Below are positions 60,220 through 64,000 of a DNA stretch of 64,000 nucleotides, one piece after another. This DNA comes from Phormidium sp. (GTDB lineage Bacteria; Cyanobacteriota; Cyanobacteriia; Cyanobacteriales; Aerosakkonemataceae): positions 672,001 to 736,000 of the forward strand of contig CP143273.1 of assembly GCA_051013385.1 (NCBI GenBank), read 5' to 3'. Below the pieces are notes generated by a model. That model was not told the origin of the DNA. It ran no database searches and saw only the letters and a list, made by a program, of their open reading frames with translations. Within the stretch, counting starts at the first letter, position 1. Each line of letters starts with the position of its first letter. A program made the translations under genes and the position numbers.

Positions 60220-60843
60220 TTAAAGAATATAGAGCAGTAAGAACAGCACAATCCAAACAATATCTACAAAGTGCCAATAGACTTCTGCTGCTTCTACACC
60301 AAAGTGATTTTCCGAACTGTAATGTCCTTGTTTGATCGATCGCCAAAGCACGCCCAAAATTAACAGAATACCGAAGCAAACGTGCATTCCGTGAAAGCCA
60401 GTCAAAACATAAAAAGTGCTGGCATAAAGATTAGTTTTCAAGCCAAATTCTAAATGACTATATTCGTAAACTTGACCTGCTAAGAAAATCATTCCCATGA
60501 TGGCAGTGATCAAAAACCAAGTTCGCAAACTTGCCACATTATTGTTTTTTACCGCAGTATCGCCTTGATGAATTACAAAACTGCTAGCGATTAGAATTGC
60601 GGTGTTAATTCCAGGTAGTAATAACTCTCTTTCTGGCGTACCTTCTGGGGGCCAAACTGGAGCAACGGCGCGAAAAGTTAAATAGGCAGCGAACAAACCT
60701 AAAAAGATCATCCCTTCCGCCACTAGGAATACAATAATGCCAAAAATTCGATGATCGGGATGTGCTTCGTGATGACTTGCTGCTTGGGCTGCACCATGAT
60801 AATTTAGAGCAGTTTTAGACTCGTCAATTGTGGGACTTTGCAT
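60220..60843 (-). CDS. ctaE: Cytochrome c oxidase subunit III
   Basis: Motifs FLVAEGMIF, TGFHGMHV and YWHFVD. Confidence 0.95.
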   Translation of the reverse strand: MQSPTIDESKTALNYHGAAQAASHHEAHPDHRIFGIIVFLVAEGMIFLGLFAAYLTFRAVAPVWPPEGTPERELLLPGINTAILIASSFVIHQGDTAVKNNNVASLRTWFLITAIMGMIFLAGQVYEYSHLEFGLKTNLYASTFYVLTGFHGMHVCFGILLILGVLWRSIKQGHYSSENHFGVEAAEVYWHFVDIVWIVLFLLLYIL

Positions 60844-61046
60844 AATTTCCTAATTTTGTCATTGGTAATTAGTTATTAGTCATTAGTCATTGGTATTGTT
60901 AATTAGGTTTAAGTCTTGAGTTTTAAGTCTTAAATTAACAGCAATTTTTAACTCAAAACTCAAAACTATGTACGGGCGGGTTTTGTTTTAATTCTTCTGT
61001 TGTGATGAGAGAATCATCTGCTAAACCCGCCCCTACAAATTAACGA

Positions 61047-62732
61047 TTAACCAACGTCTACTTTGACTTCAGCGAGTAATTCTTCAACTGATTTGTTTTC
61101 TTCCACTTCTTCAAAATCGATGCCATAATCGTAAGGGCCAGACCATAAAACTGGTTCTTCATGGAAGTTTTCAACGGGTGGAGGAGAACTAGTCATCCAT
61201 TCCAAAGTGAGAGCTTTCCAAGGATTACCAGAAGCTTTTGGCCCGTACATCCAACTCCAGACAGCATTTATCAGAAAAGGAATTGTGGAAACTGCCAAAA
61301 TGTAAGCCCCAATAGTAGCTACTAAATTGAGTGTGGCAAATTTGGGGTCATATTCTGCTACCCGTCTGGGCATACCTTCTAAGCCTAGTTTGTGCATTGG
61401 TAAAAAGCACAAATTAAAGCCAATAAGTGTGAGTGCAAAATGTATTCTTCCCCAAGTTTCATTGACCATTCTGCCTGTCATTTTGGGGAACCAATGGTAT
61501 ATTCCGGCGTAGAGTCCGAACACGCTACCACCGAATAAAACGTAGTGCAAGTGAGCGACTACAAAATAGGTATCGTGAACGTGAATGTCAACGGGTACGG
61601 AGGCTAACATGATGCCACTTAAGCCGCCAATGACAAACATAGAGACAAAGCCCATGCCAAATAACATGGCACTATTTAGGTTTAATTTGCCTCCCCAAAT
61701 TGTGGCTAACCAACTGAATACTTTAATTCCTGTGGGGATAGCAATTACCATTGTGGCGATCATGAAAAACATTCTTAACCAGGCGGGAGTACCACTGGTA
61801 AACATGTGGTGTGCCCAAACAATTAGCCCCAAAAAGCTAATTGCTAAACTGGAGTATGCGATCGCTCTATACCCAAAAATCGGCTTGCGGGAATGCACTG
61901 GCAAAATATCAGAAATCATCCCAAACATCGGCAGAATCATAATATAAACTGCCGGGTGGGAATAGAACCAGAACATATGTTGATAAACGATCGGATCGCC
62001 GCCACCAGTGGGGTTAAAAAATGCCGTTCCTGCTACCAAATCAAAACTCAGCAGAATTAAAGCACCTGCTAATACTGGAGTGGAAACTATAACTAATGCC
62101 GAAACTGATAACATTGACCAGCAAAATAACGGCATTTGATGCAATCCCATTCCTGGAAGTCGCATCTTTAAAATGGTAACGAGAAAGTTTACCGCCCCTA
62201 AAATTGAAGAAGTTCCTAACACCAGAACGCTGAGAATCCAAATCAACTCACCCGCTTGACCATTAATTAAACTCAATGGTGGGTAAGATGTCCAACCAGA
62301 CCCAGCAGCGCCGACAAAGAAACTACTTAAAAGTAAAATTCCTCCAGGGGGAATCATCCAAAAAGCCACAGCATTTAGTTTAGGAAATGCCATGTCCTTA
62401 GCTCCGATCATTAAGGGGATTAAATAGTTACCAAATCCCCCTGTACCCGCCGGAACAATCCACAAGAAAATCATAATTGTCGCGTGGATTGTAAAAAAGC
62501 TGTTGTAAAGTTCTCGACTGACAAAATCGGAATCTGGAGTAGCTAATTCGGTGCGTACAGCAGAGGCTAATGCTCCACCGATGAGATAGAAAACAAATGT
62601 TGTCACTAGGTATTGAATTCCAATTACCTTGTGATCTGTGGAAAAGCCAAAGTATTTCCGCCAATCACCGCCAGTTTTAGTTTCAGCGGTATGACCTAAA
62701 TTGGCTGATTCTGTTACCTGAAGTTGTGTCAT
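61047..62732 (-). CDS. ctaD: Cytochrome c oxidase subunit I
   Basis: Motifs DHKVIG, WFYSHPAVY, VWAHHMF, HDTYFVVAHLHY and MPRR. Confidence 0.97.
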   Translation of the reverse strand: MTQLQVTESANLGHTAETKTGGDWRKYFGFSTDHKVIGIQYLVTTFVFYLIGGALASAVRTELATPDSDFVSRELYNSFFTIHATIMIFLWIVPAGTGGFGNYLIPLMIGAKDMAFPKLNAVAFWMIPPGGILLLSSFFVGAAGSGWTSYPPLSLINGQAGELIWILSVLVLGTSSILGAVNFLVTILKMRLPGMGLHQMPLFCWSMLSVSALVIVSTPVLAGALILLSFDLVAGTAFFNPTGGGDPIVYQHMFWFYSHPAVYIMILPMFGMISDILPVHSRKPIFGYRAIAYSSLAISFLGLIVWAHHMFTSGTPAWLRMFFMIATMVIAIPTGIKVFSWLATIWGGKLNLNSAMLFGMGFVSMFVIGGLSGIMLASVPVDIHVHDTYFVVAHLHYVLFGGSVFGLYAGIYHWFPKMTGRMVNETWGRIHFALTLIGFNLCFLPMHKLGLEGMPRRVAEYDPKFATLNLVATIGAYILAVSTIPFLINAVWSWMYGPKASGNPWKALTLEWMTSSPPPVENFHEEPVLWSGPYDYGIDFEEVEENKSVEELLAEVKVDVG

Positions 62733-62843
62733 AAGAATTGCTAGTTGGTGTTTGGTAGTTGGTAGTTGGTAGTTAATTTTTTTTGGGAGTTGATGTCAGC
62801 ACAAAATTCCCTCACTAATTACCCACTACCCACTACCGATTAC

Positions 62844-63824
62844 CTAATGAATGTGTAATTGTTGCAGAGTATCTGAATTAATTCCCATTTCTTGAGCGTA
62901 GGGAGTGAGGAATTCAGAAGTGGGCATATTTTCGGGATTTACTGCTACTGCTTGATTTAAATTTTCTTGGTTAGCAGCAATTTGAGATTGTATCCAAGTA
63001 TCAAACTCTTCTGGTGCTTCTACGATTACTTGGGTTTTCATTGCACCATGATAAGAACCACAAAGTTCTGCACAAATTACAGGGTAAGTACCTGGTACTT
63101 TAGGTGTAAATCGTAGTTGAGTTTGTCTACCGGGAATTGCATCTTGTTTCAGGCGAAATTGAGGTACCCAAAAAGCGTGAATTACGTCATTTGCGGAAAT
63201 GTTGAGTTTGACTTCACGACCTACGGGAACGTGCAATTCGCCTGCGGTAACACCACTATCAGGGTAATTAAATAACCAAGCAAATTGCAACCCGGTGACG
63301 TTGATGATTAAATCTGGATTTTCACCTTGTTCTCCAGGGGAAGCGCCAACACCTAATGCTAATTGATTGTTGTTTGTGGGTGAGTTTGTTTCGTCGTTTA
63401 AGGTGGCTGCGATCGCTGCTCCTGGCATCTTGCTATGATGCGCCATAGTACCATGAGCCGCCATTGGATCTAAGCCACCCATCGAGTTATAAACTTCAAA
63501 ACTGTAGACTCCAACGATGAGAATAATTACTGCTGGAATGGCTGTCCAGAGAATTTCTAAAGGTACATTACCATGAACTGGTGGCCCATCTGTGGGGTCA
63601 TTGGGACGTTTCCGAAATTTGAACAGGCTGTAAATTAATACACCTTGAACTATCAGAAATAATCCTGTAGCAATGGTCATCATCATATTAAATAACCCGT
63701 CTACCAAAGGTGCTTCTTCTGACACCGCTTCTGGCAGTAAGTTATGATTTTGACCATACCAAAGACTGACAAGGGTCAGTACAATTCCGGCAATGAGTGT
63801 AGTAATGTTACTTGGGATTTTCAC
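62844..63824 (-). CDS. ctaC: Cytochrome c oxidase subunit II
   Basis: Motifs LEILWT, DVIHAFW and CuA CAELCGSYHGAM. Confidence 0.96.
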   Translation of the reverse strand: MKIPSNITTLIAGIVLTLVSLWYGQNHNLLPEAVSEEAPLVDGLFNMMMTIATGLFLIVQGVLIYSLFKFRKRPNDPTDGPPVHGNVPLEILWTAIPAVIILIVGVYSFEVYNSMGGLDPMAAHGTMAHHSKMPGAAIAATLNDETNSPTNNNQLALGVGASPGEQGENPDLIINVTGLQFAWLFNYPDSGVTAGELHVPVGREVKLNISANDVIHAFWVPQFRLKQDAIPGRQTQLRFTPKVPGTYPVICAELCGSYHGAMKTQVIVEAPEEFDTWIQSQIAANQENLNQAVAVNPENMPTSEFLTPYAQEMGINSDTLQQLHIH

Positions 63825-64000
63825 GGCTAATTATAATTGCTTGCACTACTGCTTAGTTTGTTTGATTTGCTATGAACCAAATTGAGTTTTCGGCTGCTCA
63901 AACAGTAAAACAGATCCGTCTTGATTGTAGACAAGCTATCACCTATTTCGCTATTTGGTCTTTTAACAAGGTAATGCAAGAACTATATAGATGGGGAGAA

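Overview
Chromosomal window from a filamentous cyanobacterium. This is inferred from dense HIP1 GCGATCGC sites, STRR/REP-like repeats and the btpA, ndhP, VKOR-Trx, rimO-crhR and ctaCDE genes. The core backbone is moaE, pyrB, mgtE, ndhP, tRNA-Lys, class II fba, nadB, mltA, btpA, rimO, crhR and ctaC/D/E, plus several PAS/GAF/GGDEF/EAL/kinase signalling genes. Accessory content: (1) The end of a DUF6603-type locus, bordered by a decayed XisF-like serine recombinase next to moaE. (2) A tnpB-only IS200/IS605 element, and a ~270 bp internally deleted element from a different TnpB clade that shares the same right end. (3) A rearranged STAND/kinase region with two junctions of back-to-back 5'-truncated genes. 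(4) A compact, cargo-free Tn7-like transposon (45196-52107; tnsABCD) with clear TGT...ACA ends and TnsB sites. It has no target-site duplication and no glmS or tRNA target nearby, and it carries a small divergent HTH gene with three TGTCA-N3-TGACA palindromes. Unannotated candidates read directly from the DNA include a 13-codon leader peptide/attenuator upstream of mgtE, a multi-stem RNA upstream of rimO-crhR, and a small secreted peptide beside a CHASE2 diguanylate cyclase. All family assignments come from motif recognition by eye; no database searches were run.
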